From assembly GCA_963832745.1 (NCBI GenBank), contig CAWHVC010000005.1, forward strand, positions 512,001-576,000: a DNA stretch of 64,000 bases. The letters are read 5' to 3'. How positions within the stretch are numbered: position 1 is the stretch's first letter; each line of letters begins with the position of its first letter. A program made the translations under genes and the position numbers. This stretch comes from Candidatus Bathyarchaeota archaeon (lineage in GTDB: Archaea > Thermoproteota > Bathyarchaeia > Bathyarchaeales > Bathycorpusculaceae). The notes beneath the pieces are model-generated. The model was not told the DNA's origin. It saw nothing but the letters and a program-made list of their open reading frames with translations, and did no database searches. Below are positions 31,306 through 40,310 of the stretch, piece after piece.

Positions 31306-31908
31306 TTATTGCTCGTCGGGTGTTTCTTCTTGAGGCGTTTCTGTTTCGGGGGTTTCTTTGGCGTTTAGTAGCATGTTTAGTAGGACTTTTTCGTCAACTT
31401 CGGCGCGGGTTCGCCAATCCAAAAACAGTTGATTCTTGTCGTCTTGTAGTAGGTAGCCGTAGCGGATATAGCGGTCCAGGTTTAAGCCGATTTTCCAGTT
31501 TGGCATCTTTTCAGAGAGCAGTTTTTCTACGTCTTTGCGGGAAGCTTGACCTTTGTTGGCGACTATGTAACTGATGGTTATGGCAAGTCCAGCGAGGTCG
31601 TCAATGCGCCATCCAATCATTTTCTCTTTCGGGTTAGCATCGCCGCGAAGGGTGATATAGTAGCGGGCTTTGTCAAGTTCTTCCTCTGTTGGCTTCTCTG
31701 AGGCCTTAATGTCTTCTTCGTAAACAGTTTTAACTTCTAAATCCAAGTCTTCCAAATGGTCATCTAACACTTCAAGGACCTTTGGATAATCCGAACCTAA
31801 CGCTTTACGCAGCTCCCAACCCTTCACGCCGGGTTTCTGATGCCGCTTGTAGAGCAGCATTTGAGTTGCACGTTTGATTCTGCTTGCATAAACTCCTTTT
31901 TTGGTCAT
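31306..31908 (-). CDS. KITE-like tandem winged-helix protein (ScpB/Nse3-MAGE-like)
   Basis: Third gene of the SMC operon; 'AGLAITISYIVANKG...YIRYGYL...LDWRTRAEVD' resembles the MAGE/Nse3 WH-B domain; ATGA overlap. Confidence 0.65.
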   Translation of the reverse strand: MTKKGVYASRIKRATQMLLYKRHQKPGVKGWELRKALGSDYPKVLEVLDDHLEDLDLEVKTVYEEDIKASEKPTEEELDKARYYITLRGDANPKEKMIGWRIDDLAGLAITISYIVANKGQASRKDVEKLLSEKMPNWKIGLNLDRYIRYGYLLQDDKNQLFLDWRTRAEVDEKVLLNMLLNAKETPETETPQEETPDEQ

Positions 31909-32729
31909 GGTAATTCGCCTCTTTTCCATTTCTGCCAATCTTCACAGGACACCGCAATGGGTACAGATGAGCCCTGCTGCCTTATCGCTGTAGTTCGTGG
32001 CTCATCAAACGGCTCAATCAAGGTTATTTCTTCAAGACGGTCAATATGCAAAGTTGCAAAACCGTAAGTCACCAAAAAACTAACCAAAAAAGCGCGTTGC
32101 ACTGTTTCTTCGTAAGTGTCAGCACCAATAAAGTTCCAGTAATGGATTTTACCGTCAACACCTTTTTCGGCTACACAGTTTTTAAGTTCACGCCAGTAGC
32201 ATTCAAGTTCTTCAGAAAACTCTTTATCGCCCAAAACACGGGCTTTAACAAGGTCAGCGTAACTGGTTGTACCGTTAACAACTTGTTCCACGTTAAAGTC
32301 TTTCCAGCGTTCAGTAAGCGGTGCCAAAGCATCCCAGTACAGCAAGCCATCTGCCAACGTGCGCAGGTTTAGTTTTTCAAGTGCAATGATCGGATGCCAA
32401 GCGCCAAGTAAGACGTCGACCATGCCGTTGCGGCTGGTTTTGCGGATTTTTTCTTCCAACACAAACGGGTCAGCATATAGCGACGTGGAACGCTGTTTAA
32501 CCCATTCACTCTGCATTTTAATTACTGTTGCAAGGTGATGAATTGCTTCGGCATCCAAGTTCAACTCGTCCGCCTGCGTCCAATCAGGAAAATATTCTTT
32601 GACAACACTGATTATTTCTTCAACATTAAGCGTAAACGGGTCAACAGTGTGGTTTTCAATCGCAATACACATTTCAATTACACGTTGCAGCTTCTCTTTA
32701 CCCAACCGTTTATGTTCTCTGTCAGGCAT
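31905..32729 (-). CDS. Kleisin (ScpA/Nse4-like)
   Basis: N-terminal 'VDPFTLNV...AIHHLATVIKMQSE' and C-terminal wHTH 'AFLVSFLVTYG' fit ScpA patterns. Confidence 0.72.
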   Translation of the reverse strand: MPDREHKRLGKEKLQRVIEMCIAIENHTVDPFTLNVEEIISVVKEYFPDWTQADELNLDAEAIHHLATVIKMQSEWVKQRSTSLYADPFVLEEKIRKTSRNGMVDVLLGAWHPIIALEKLNLRTLADGLLYWDALAPLTERWKDFNVEQVVNGTTSYADLVKARVLGDKEFSEELECYWRELKNCVAEKGVDGKIHYWNFIGADTYEETVQRAFLVSFLVTYGFATLHIDRLEEITLIEPFDEPRTTAIRQQGSSVPIAVSCEDWQKWKRGELP

Positions 32730-34651
32730 TACTTGATAACCTCTTTTACGACTGATTTACCTTCAAGATTCTGCACAGTAATGACGTTGGCGTCCTTTTG
32801 GGCAAAAGTAATTTGGCTAGGCGTAATTACGATGTACTGAGCTGTAGCGTCCTTTATCATAGAAACTAAGACTTTAGCTATCATTTCACGGTTCTTAGGA
32901 TCCATATGAATATCATATTCGTCAACAGCACGGAAAGGTGAACGGACATGCTGTTGCAGAGCAAGCAAAAACGCCATGGTTGCCGTGGTACGTTCGCCAC
33001 CGCTCTGGGTAAAAGCATCTAACGCAACTGGTTTGCTACCCTTAAAGCCAACGTAGATTTCTATGCCAGCGGTTTCGATGTCCTGCATGTTAGACAAATG
33101 CACTTCACCAGTCGCCAAAGTCTGAGCCATAATTCGTTGATACTCAACGTTGACTCGTTCGATCAGTTGCTCCATCACGTTACGCCATGCCCCCATGCGA
33201 GCTTTGAGTTCTTCAAGGGTTTTTTCGCGGTTTTCAGCAACAACCTGAGCTTTCTCTTTCAGTTCCAAGTAAAGTTTTGAGTAGGAATCATACATTTTTT
33301 CTATATCTTCAGAAACATTAGCAAGCGCCGCCAAGTGCCCCTCGGTTAAGCGTATTTCGTCCTGAATCTCAGAAGCATTTTTGGTCACAGTAACGCGTTC
33401 CCCGTGCGCCCGCGCTTTAGCTTCCGCAGTTTTAAGGTTCGCTTGAGCTTCAGCAAGGGACGCCTCGATTTCTTTTAAGCTGACAACAGCGTTTGCACGT
33501 TTAAACTCCAAAAGCGCCAGATGAACACGCTTGTCCAGTTCGGAATCTTTAACTTTCTCTTGGGCAGCCTCTAAATCAGATAGTTTAGCCTCGATACCTT
33601 TAACCTGCTCGGACATGCCAACAATTTGCCGCTTTGAATTTTCCATAAGCGCTTGGAGATTTTCGCGCCTCAACAGTTTAAACTGAGCCTTATTCTGCAC
33701 TGTTGCTTCAAGAATCTCTGCTTCCTTAAGCAACTCACCAATGAAAACAAGGATTGACTCTTTCTCTGCAATCCCCCGCTCCAAACCTATACGTTCCTCA
33801 AAAACAGCTTTCTCTTGACCTTTAAGGCTTACAACACTATTCTGCTGCTCACAAAGCTGGTCATTAAAAGTTTGTTTTTCTCTTTCAATCTTACCAAGAC
33901 TGTCTTGATGTTTAGCAAGGTTAGCATCCAAAGCCTTAATCATGTCTTCCCGCCGTTCCACTTCTGCCCAAACCAATTCGCGGTCTAAGAAACGGCATTT
34001 AAGCTGAAGCTGCTTTTTTTCTTGAAACCTTTCATATTGTTCACGCCAATAATTCAGCGTTTGCTCAGCGGATTCAAGCAGTTTACTGACTGATTCTTCT
34101 TGGCTTAGTATTTTGGTTAATTTTTCCTTGGCTGAAAGCACGTTTTCTCGAAAAGGTTCCAAACCGACGGCTGCTTCTACCATATGCAGTTTTTGAATGT
34201 TAGAGAGCACACTAAATTGTTCAACCATGTTTTGATGCATAATAATTAGCATGTTATCCGGGTCTACGCCAAATCTTCCAAGCAAGCGCTCTACGTCTTG
34301 TTTTGACGCAGAACGGTTTTCAAGTTCAAACCAGTACTTGCCATCCCTACGCAAAATGCGAGTTAAAAAAAGTTGGTCTTTGCTGTATTTTGCAACTGGA
34401 CGTCTGCCGCCTTGTTTGCTGTTGTCCAAAATTAGGGTGACGCGGGCTTGGTCGCTGCCCCAACGTATTAAATCACTAAGTTTGCGAGAACGTTCCGTGT
34501 AGGTTTGACCTAAACCCACGGATATTGCAAGCAGCAGTGAAGATTTGCCTGCGCCGTTTGGTCCGCCGATTACGTTAACGCCCTGTTTGAATGGTACTCG
34601 GGCGTATTCGTAGCTCATGAAATTTTCAAGTATAACTTCTTGGATAAGCAT
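32729..34651 (-). CDS. Short SMC-family ATPase, Smc5/6-like (ClsN/Sph-related)
   Basis: 'LENFMSY', Walker A GPNGAGKS, Q-loop, coiled coil, signature QSGGE, 'PFRAVDEYDIHMD', 'QYIVITP'. Confidence 0.88.
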   Translation of the reverse strand: MLIQEVILENFMSYEYARVPFKQGVNVIGGPNGAGKSSLLLAISVGLGQTYTERSRKLSDLIRWGSDQARVTLILDNSKQGGRRPVAKYSKDQLFLTRILRRDGKYWFELENRSASKQDVERLLGRFGVDPDNMLIIMHQNMVEQFSVLSNIQKLHMVEAAVGLEPFRENVLSAKEKLTKILSQEESVSKLLESAEQTLNYWREQYERFQEKKQLQLKCRFLDRELVWAEVERREDMIKALDANLAKHQDSLGKIEREKQTFNDQLCEQQNSVVSLKGQEKAVFEERIGLERGIAEKESILVFIGELLKEAEILEATVQNKAQFKLLRRENLQALMENSKRQIVGMSEQVKGIEAKLSDLEAAQEKVKDSELDKRVHLALLEFKRANAVVSLKEIEASLAEAQANLKTAEAKARAHGERVTVTKNASEIQDEIRLTEGHLAALANVSEDIEKMYDSYSKLYLELKEKAQVVAENREKTLEELKARMGAWRNVMEQLIERVNVEYQRIMAQTLATGEVHLSNMQDIETAGIEIYVGFKGSKPVALDAFTQSGGERTTATMAFLLALQQHVRSPFRAVDEYDIHMDPKNREMIAKVLVSMIKDATAQYIVITPSQITFAQKDANVITVQNLEGKSVVKEVIK

Positions 34652-34968
34652 TACTGTAAATTTGCCTTCTTTAAATCGAGGAAATAGTAGTTGAAAAGTC
34701 TCTTATTTAACTAAATTGCATTAGATTGTCACAATTTACGGCAACTTTTGGTTTTATTTTTAAGGTTTTTCTTATTGGTTGATTCTGGGATTGTTTAAAA
34801 ATGAGTTTTGAGGCTTGTTGTTGACTGTTTTGTTGTTGTGACCATTTGTTGGATTGATTGGGTTTAATCTTGTAATTAGGGCTTGTGCATAACAACCCTT
34901 AAATCTTTGGCACACATACACCTCATATATGCCAATAACAAGGCATAAAAATACCATAAGAGGCATAA

Positions 34969-35163
34969 ACGACGAAAATAACCAAAGAAGTAATCACCTG
35001 CTGGATAATCGGAGCAATCCTAGTCATATTTGGAACATCCGTCAAAAACTACATCTTCGAAACACTAGCCATAATCGTAATCGCCTTCGGAGCAGTCTTA
35101 GCAATCTTTTGGGAAGACCTCTTTAAAACCAAACAAAAAGAAACAAAAAACGAGGAGACATAA
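34969..35163 (+). CDS. Small two-TM protein lacking a canonical start codon (ACG/ATA)
   Basis: Open frame (T)TKITKEVITCWIIGAILVIFG...LAIIVIAFGAVLAIFWEDLFK...EET*, ending 1 nt before the SPFH start; gagg upstream. Confidence 0.5.
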   Translation, partial: TTKITKEVITCWIIGAILVIFGTSVKNYIFETLAIIVIAFGAVLAIFWEDLFKTKQKETKNEET

Positions 35164-35164
35164 A

Positions 35165-36049
35165 ATGTTACCATTCTTCAGAAAAATTCTGGCTGTCATA
35201 ATAATCGTTATGATAGCACTAGTTTCAGTTGCAATATTAACAAGCGCATATCAAACAGTACCTACAGGCTATCAAGGAGTAGTCTTACAATGGGGCAACC
35301 CTGTAAGAACCGTCAGTTCAGGACTTAACCTAATCACTCCAATCGCTGAAGACATCGCGTTAGTAGATGTTCAAGTACAAGCAGCAACAGCTCGAGAATC
35401 AGCCGCATCATCAGACCTTCAAGAAGTATCAACCTCAGTCACAGTAAACTATCAGCTAGACGCAAACTATGCCAAAGAAATCTACACTAACCTTCGCGAC
35501 CAATATGAAAGCCGAGTAATCCTTCCCGCAATGCAAGATGCATTAAAAGCTTCAACAGCAAAGTTCCAAGCAAGCGAACTAATTACACAACGAGAGGCAG
35601 CCAAAAACTCATTCCTAACCCTACTACAAGACAAACTAGCGCAATACCACATAACCGTTGTTTCTGTCTCTATCACTGACTTCCAATTTTCAGAATCCTT
35701 CAAAGTCGCCATTGAAGCAAAAGTAACAGCTGAACAAAACGCTTTAGCCGCAAAGAACAAGTTGGAACAAATAGGTTACGAGGCACAACAACAAGTAATC
35801 CAAGCAACAGCAAACGCGACAGCAGTAGTCACTATTGCTCAAGCTAACGCAAACGCCACAATAATATCAGCCAATGCAACCGCTCAAGCAGTCCAGATAA
35901 TACAAGTTCAGTTAACCCCAGAATACATACAATACCTTTACGCTATAGGATGGGATGGCAAACTACCAATCTATTGGTCGTCAGGCAACAGTACAGCCCC
36001 ATTCTTACTCCTCCCAGTAGAACAAGCAACCAACAGCACAACCCCATAG
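35165..36049 (+). CDS. SPFH/prohibitin family membrane protein
   Basis: N-terminal TM, 'VPTGYQGVV', 'SSDLQEV', 'AIEAKVTAEQ'. Confidence 0.9.
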   Translation: MLPFFRKILAVIIIVMIALVSVAILTSAYQTVPTGYQGVVLQWGNPVRTVSSGLNLITPIAEDIALVDVQVQAATARESAASSDLQEVSTSVTVNYQLDANYAKEIYTNLRDQYESRVILPAMQDALKASTAKFQASELITQREAAKNSFLTLLQDKLAQYHITVVSVSITDFQFSESFKVAIEAKVTAEQNALAAKNKLEQIGYEAQQQVIQATANATAVVTIAQANANATIISANATAQAVQIIQVQLTPEYIQYLYAIGWDGKLPIYWSSGNSTAPFLLLPVEQATNSTTP

Positions 36050-36256
36050 GTGAGTAAAATAATGCCGAAAAGAGAAGTATCAATCCTACATGCAAACAAT
36101 AAAACAATCATCTTGGAGGGTACGGTAGGTTTAGACTACCGTCTTTCAATCCCCAAACAACTAAGGAAACTTTTGAAACCTAATTCCCCAGTTAAAATCA
36201 CAATAGAAATTTTAGACACAGATGTCCAAACCGATGATAAGGAGGCTAAGCCATAA
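36050..36256 (+). CDS. AbrB/MazE-like small DNA-binding protein
   Basis: 'YRLSIPKQLRKLL...VKITIE'. Confidence 0.55.
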   Translation: MSKIMPKREVSILHANNKTIILEGTVGLDYRLSIPKQLRKLLKPNSPVKITIEILDTDVQTDDKEAKP

Positions 36257-36326
36257 AAAGGGCAAATGCTGCTGGTTTTCACGTAAAATAACAGAATTAA
36301 TGTGCATTACCAAGAAGGCGCTGAGT

Positions 36327-36438
36327 TGAGCAATAAGATAAAAACATTTTATGCTCAAAATGCGGCTGGATGGTTAGAACACCTTTCGGCGACAAAGGCA
36401 ACGCCGTAAAACTGCATAACGCTAAACACAATAATTAA
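36327..36438 (+). pseudogene. Frameshifted small CxxC...HxxxH Zn-finger gene remnant
   Basis: MSNKIKTF then, after a 1-nt shift, CSKCGWMVRTPFG...KLHNAKH. Confidence 0.4.
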
Positions 36439-36622
36439 GGCAAGAGTTATGGAAGGTAATAATAAGCAATTTGGAACTACTCAGACGCCAATAAGGGCAG
36501 AGACACCCTGTTTTGCAGGTTAAAGCCCAAAGAGACCGTTTTTCATCCGACGCATATAACTGTTTAGACGTAAACCCCACACCAACACAACGTTTAAAAG
36601 ACCCCTATGCACTTCTCTTTGG

Positions 36623-36698
36623 TTTCCAAAAGGCAAGCGGCGTATGTGTGAACAGGTCGGAGCCAGTTCAGTAAACACAGGGTTTCTTGCCGAGGAAA
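36623..36698 (+). ncRNA. Candidate structured RNA or 5' leader
   Basis: Nested stems TTTCC/GGAAA, GGCAAG/CTTGCC, TGT(G)T/(A)ACACA, GAAC/GTTC, beginning ~25 nt after TATA-like tttaaaag (36593-36600). Confidence 0.45.
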
Positions 36699-36735
36699 AA
36701 AATTAATCAGGAATAGTAGGAGGAAAAGAATAGAA

Positions 36736-36861
36736 ATGCTATCACGAGATTGCGACGGTTGCTCACAAATGAGAGCCTGCGGTAGACGCTTTGTTGTCGC
36801 TTATAAAGGCGAGAAGGTTTACTGCCCAGATGGAACAGCCCATTTAGTAGACGGATTCTAA
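36736..36861 (+). CDS. Cys-rich microprotein (41 aa), below ORF-track cutoff
   Basis: MLSRDCDGCSQMRACGRR...GEKVYCPDGTAHLVDGF; strong ggagg SD. Confidence 0.7.
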   Translation: MLSRDCDGCSQMRACGRRFVVAYKGEKVYCPDGTAHLVDGF

Positions 36862-36930
36862 GAAGTAATCAACCGTTTTTTAGAAAAAAAAACGAACAAA
36901 TTTTATTGCTTTTTTCCTTTTTGTTTTTGT

Positions 36931-37335
36931 TTAGCTTATGGCTTTTTTGATTTCTGCTAAAACGTCTGAGAAATCCGTTGACTTTTCATGTGTCATACCC
37001 TTTTTGGAAACCATCAGTAACGTTTTGTAACCTTTATCAGCTAAGCTTTTTTGCATGGATTTCATTGTACGGTTATTTCCGAAAATGCGGTAGGTAACAA
37101 ACAAGATTACTTTTTTGCCTTCCACAGCGGGCATTGCTTGGATAAATGCTACGGCTTCTTTTGTTGGGCTGGCTCCTTCCACTGGAGTCCCAAGGATAAG
37201 TAAGTCAAATTTTTGGGTTTCTGAAGGCTGCGTTGATGTTATATCGTAAAGAGGAGCTTTTGTTGCGTCAGCTATTGCTTCTGCGAAACGTTTGGTGTTT
37301 CCTGTTCTTGAAAAATAGAAAACTCCGATGCTCAT
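36931..37335 (-). CDS. Flavodoxin family protein
   Basis: 'YFSRTGNTKRFAEAI', 'LILGTP'. Confidence 0.9.
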   Translation of the reverse strand: MSIGVFYFSRTGNTKRFAEAIADATKAPLYDITSTQPSETQKFDLLILGTPVEGASPTKEAVAFIQAMPAVEGKKVILFVTYRIFGNNRTMKSMQKSLADKGYKTLLMVSKKGMTHEKSTDFSDVLAEIKKAIS

Positions 37336-37423
37336 AAATTAAAGTATCTTGCACTTACCTAATATAATCTTCGGCTTTGGGCTAAGTCGATACTGCTAAT
37401 TTTAATAGGCTCGCCATTCAGTA

Positions 37424-39211
37424 ATGGTTGACGGCGAAAAAAGTATGGATTACGCAATTATTGCTGACGCTTACGAAAAAATTGAGGCAACCACTAAACG
37501 CCTCGAAATGACAGACCTACTTGTCAAGCTACTAACAAAAACGCCAAAAGAAGGCATATCCAAAGTCGTCTACTTAACACAGGGCAAACTGTACCCCGAT
37601 TTTATGGGCATAGAAATCGGCGTAGCAGAAAAACTTGCAATAAAAGCCCTCGTCAGGGCCTCAGGAAGAAAGGAAAGTGAATTCCTTGCTGATCTACAAA
37701 AAACTGGTGACCTCGGCGAAGCCGCAGAAATTCAGCTTGCCAAAAAGAAGCAAGCCACATTATTTTTCTCCAAAAAACTTACTGTTGAGCATGTTTATGA
37801 AACGCTTGACAAGATGGCAAAAACCTCAGGTTCAGGCGCCGTAGACACAAAAATGGCGGTTTTTGCTGGCCTACTCTCTGACGCGTCGCCGAAAGAGGCA
37901 AAGTATCTTATTCGTACAGTAACGGGCAACCTGCGGTTAGGCATAGCAGACATGACTGTTTTGGAAGCGTTAGCAATTGCTTATGGAGGTGGAAAAGAAG
38001 CTCGTGAACCAATTGAGCGTGCCTATAACATTTGTTCAGACTTGGGCAGGGTGTCAGATATTCTTGTTAGCGACGGTTTAGATGCAGTAAAAAAGATGCA
38101 GGTGATGGTTTTTGAACCAATCCGTCCAATGCTTGCAGAAAGACTGCCTTCGCCGGAGGAGATTTTAGAGAAGCTTAACGGCAAATGCTTAGCGGAGTAC
38201 AAATATGATGGCGAACGCATCCAAGCGCATAAACAAGGCAACGATGTTATCCTTTATTCCAGGCGCTTAGAAAATATTTCCAGCCAGTATCCTGATGTGG
38301 TTGAATTAATCAAAAAACAAGTGAACGCTCAAGAAGCAATTTTTGAGGCTGAATGCGTCGCCATGGACCTTGAAACAGGGGACATGCGTCCTTTCCAAGA
38401 GCTTATGCATCGAAGACGCAAATACGGCATAGAAGCAGCAATTGAGCAGTACCCAATTTCGCTGTTCACGTTTGATTTGTTGTTTGTTGACGGAAAAGAC
38501 TTAACCCGTGAACCTCTTACAGCCAGACGTAAAGCGTTAGAGGAAGCGTTAAACAAAAACGACCGACTGCAGTTAGCCACCCAAAAAGTCGTCAACAACC
38601 CCAAAGAGCTGGAGGATTTTTTTGAGGAAGCCATAGAGGAAGGCTGTGAAGGCTTAATGTGTAAATCCATAACCAAAGACTCCGTTTACCAAGCCGGCAA
38701 CAGGGGCTGGTTATGGATAAAATACAAGCGTGATTACAAGAGTGAAATGACTGACACCGTTGATTTGGTTGTGGTGGGGGCTTTTCATGGCAGGGGCAAA
38801 CGGGCAGGAGCATATGGCGCGCTACTACTATCGACTTATAATCCTGACAGGGATATGTTTGAAACCGTAACCAAATGCGGCACAGGCTTCACCGATAAAG
38901 ACATCGCCGACCTGCACTCAATGCTTCAGAAACATGTTATTCCACGAAAGCACTCTCGGGTTTCGTCAACTATGGAAGCGGATGTCTGGTTTGAACCATT
39001 CATTGTCCTTGAAGTTTTAGGCGCCGAAGTCACATTAAGCCCAATCCACATGGCTGCAATGGATTCAATCCGTAAAGGCAGCGGCTTAGCAATACGTTTC
39101 CCAAGATTCACAGGAAAATACAGAACAGACAAAAGCCCACAGGACGCCACAACATCAAAAGAAATCGTGGAAATGTATCAAGCACAACTTAAACAAATCA
39201 GCCAAACCTAA
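37424..39211 (+). CDS. lig: ATP-dependent DNA ligase
   Basis: Motif I EYKYDGER, 'EGLMCK', 'WIKYK', 'RFPRF'; start may be ATG 37445. Confidence 0.98.
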   Translation: MVDGEKSMDYAIIADAYEKIEATTKRLEMTDLLVKLLTKTPKEGISKVVYLTQGKLYPDFMGIEIGVAEKLAIKALVRASGRKESEFLADLQKTGDLGEAAEIQLAKKKQATLFFSKKLTVEHVYETLDKMAKTSGSGAVDTKMAVFAGLLSDASPKEAKYLIRTVTGNLRLGIADMTVLEALAIAYGGGKEAREPIERAYNICSDLGRVSDILVSDGLDAVKKMQVMVFEPIRPMLAERLPSPEEILEKLNGKCLAEYKYDGERIQAHKQGNDVILYSRRLENISSQYPDVVELIKKQVNAQEAIFEAECVAMDLETGDMRPFQELMHRRRKYGIEAAIEQYPISLFTFDLLFVDGKDLTREPLTARRKALEEALNKNDRLQLATQKVVNNPKELEDFFEEAIEEGCEGLMCKSITKDSVYQAGNRGWLWIKYKRDYKSEMTDTVDLVVVGAFHGRGKRAGAYGALLLSTYNPDRDMFETVTKCGTGFTDKDIADLHSMLQKHVIPRKHSRVSSTMEADVWFEPFIVLEVLGAEVTLSPIHMAAMDSIRKGSGLAIRFPRFTGKYRTDKSPQDATTSKEIVEMYQAQLKQISQT

Positions 39212-39286
39212 AACAAGCAAAACAGCGGGGGTTTGAAATTCAAGCACCTTTAGCATCATGTAACTGTTTAGTCAAGAAACCTTGAC
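39211..39286 (+). repeat. Upstream cassette element (family B), copy 1
   Basis: aaacaagcaa...tttaGTCAAG-AAAC-CTTGAC; aligns with 40188-40261. Confidence 0.88.
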
Positions 39287-39326
39287 TGATAACCTTTTTA
39301 ATACAATAATTTTTTGTTTTTTTTAT

Positions 39327-40161
39327 ATGAAGAGGACAATAGCAGCAGTAACTATTATGGTACTTGTATTGTCTGTTACTATGAATATTCTAACTGTTCC
39401 GGCAAAGGCTGATTCAATCATTTTTATCAGACCTGACGGAAGCATTGAGGGAACAAACCTGATCCTAAAGGAAGAAGACACTTACACTTTAATAGGCAAT
39501 CTCTCAAACAGCATTCACGTTCAAAGAAGCAATATTATTCTAGACGGGGCAGGATACGCAATCAATGGAAACGGTGAAGGAACAGGAATAGATCTTTCAA
39601 ACGATGTTCCAGTTGATTCTTCACGCGCCCAAATTAGCAACGTAACAGTGAAGAATGTTGTTTTTACAAATTGGTTTTCTGCAGTTGACTTCGTTCCATC
39701 TACTAACAACACTTTTGTCAATAACTGCTTGAAAGATTGCTACGGAGGCTTTAACATATGGTGGACATCTAACAACACCCTAACGCACAATACCGTCGAA
39801 AATTGCTTTGTTGGAGTCACGATTAACTTCGGAGGAGGCAACAACATTGTCATCGAAAACACTATAATTAATTCCAGTGTTGGAATTATGAAGCCTCCGG
39901 AAAATATTGTTGATAAGAATTACTGGAGCGATTACCTGACAAAAATATCCAAACGCCAAAGAAATTGGAACATCAGGTATTTGGAATACACCATACCAAG
40001 GCAATAACCTTACAGATAATCAGCCCCTGATCAATCAACCTACAACAAAGCCCAGTCCTGCCGATATGCAACAATTTCAAACAAGTTTATTTGCAGTTCC
40101 AATAGTAGTAGGTATAACTATCGTATTATTACTGATTTACTTCAAGAAACGCAAACACTAA
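39327..40161 (+). CDS. NosD/right-handed beta-helix surface protein with C-terminal TM-YFKKRKH; +1 frameshift in an A-run near 39945
   Basis: Signal peptide, 'IFIRPDGSIEGT', 'LDGAGY', 'NYWSDY'; removing one A continues KYPNAKEIGTSGIWNTPY...LLLIYFKKRKH*. Confidence 0.85.
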
Positions 40162-40183
40162 ATTAACAATTCAACTTTTTACC
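40132..40183 (+). repeat. Downstream cassette element (IYFKKRK-stop-T-run), copy 1
   Basis: tgatttacttcaagaaacgcaaacactaaattaacaattcaactttttacca; two mismatches to 41398-41449. Confidence 0.9.
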
Positions 40184-40187
40184 AAAT

Positions 40188-40261
40188 AAACAAGCAAGAC
40201 ATTTGGGTTTGGCATTCAGGCATTCTAACATCATACAACTATTTAGTCAAGAAACCTTGAC
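40188..40261 (+). repeat. Upstream cassette element (family B), copy 2
   Basis: aaacaagcaagaca...tttaGTCAAG-AAAC-CTTGAC; last 20 bp identical to copy 1. Confidence 0.88.
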
Positions 40262-40310
40262 GGAAACGCATTTATTGACATAAAAAACTACCAACAAATG
40301 GTGAAGACTG

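Noticed and set aside
31306-34651. Wadjet (JetABCD) or Rad50-Mre11 system
   Set aside because: No toprim nuclease or Mre11 nearby, no CxxC hook, and head motifs are Smc5/6-like
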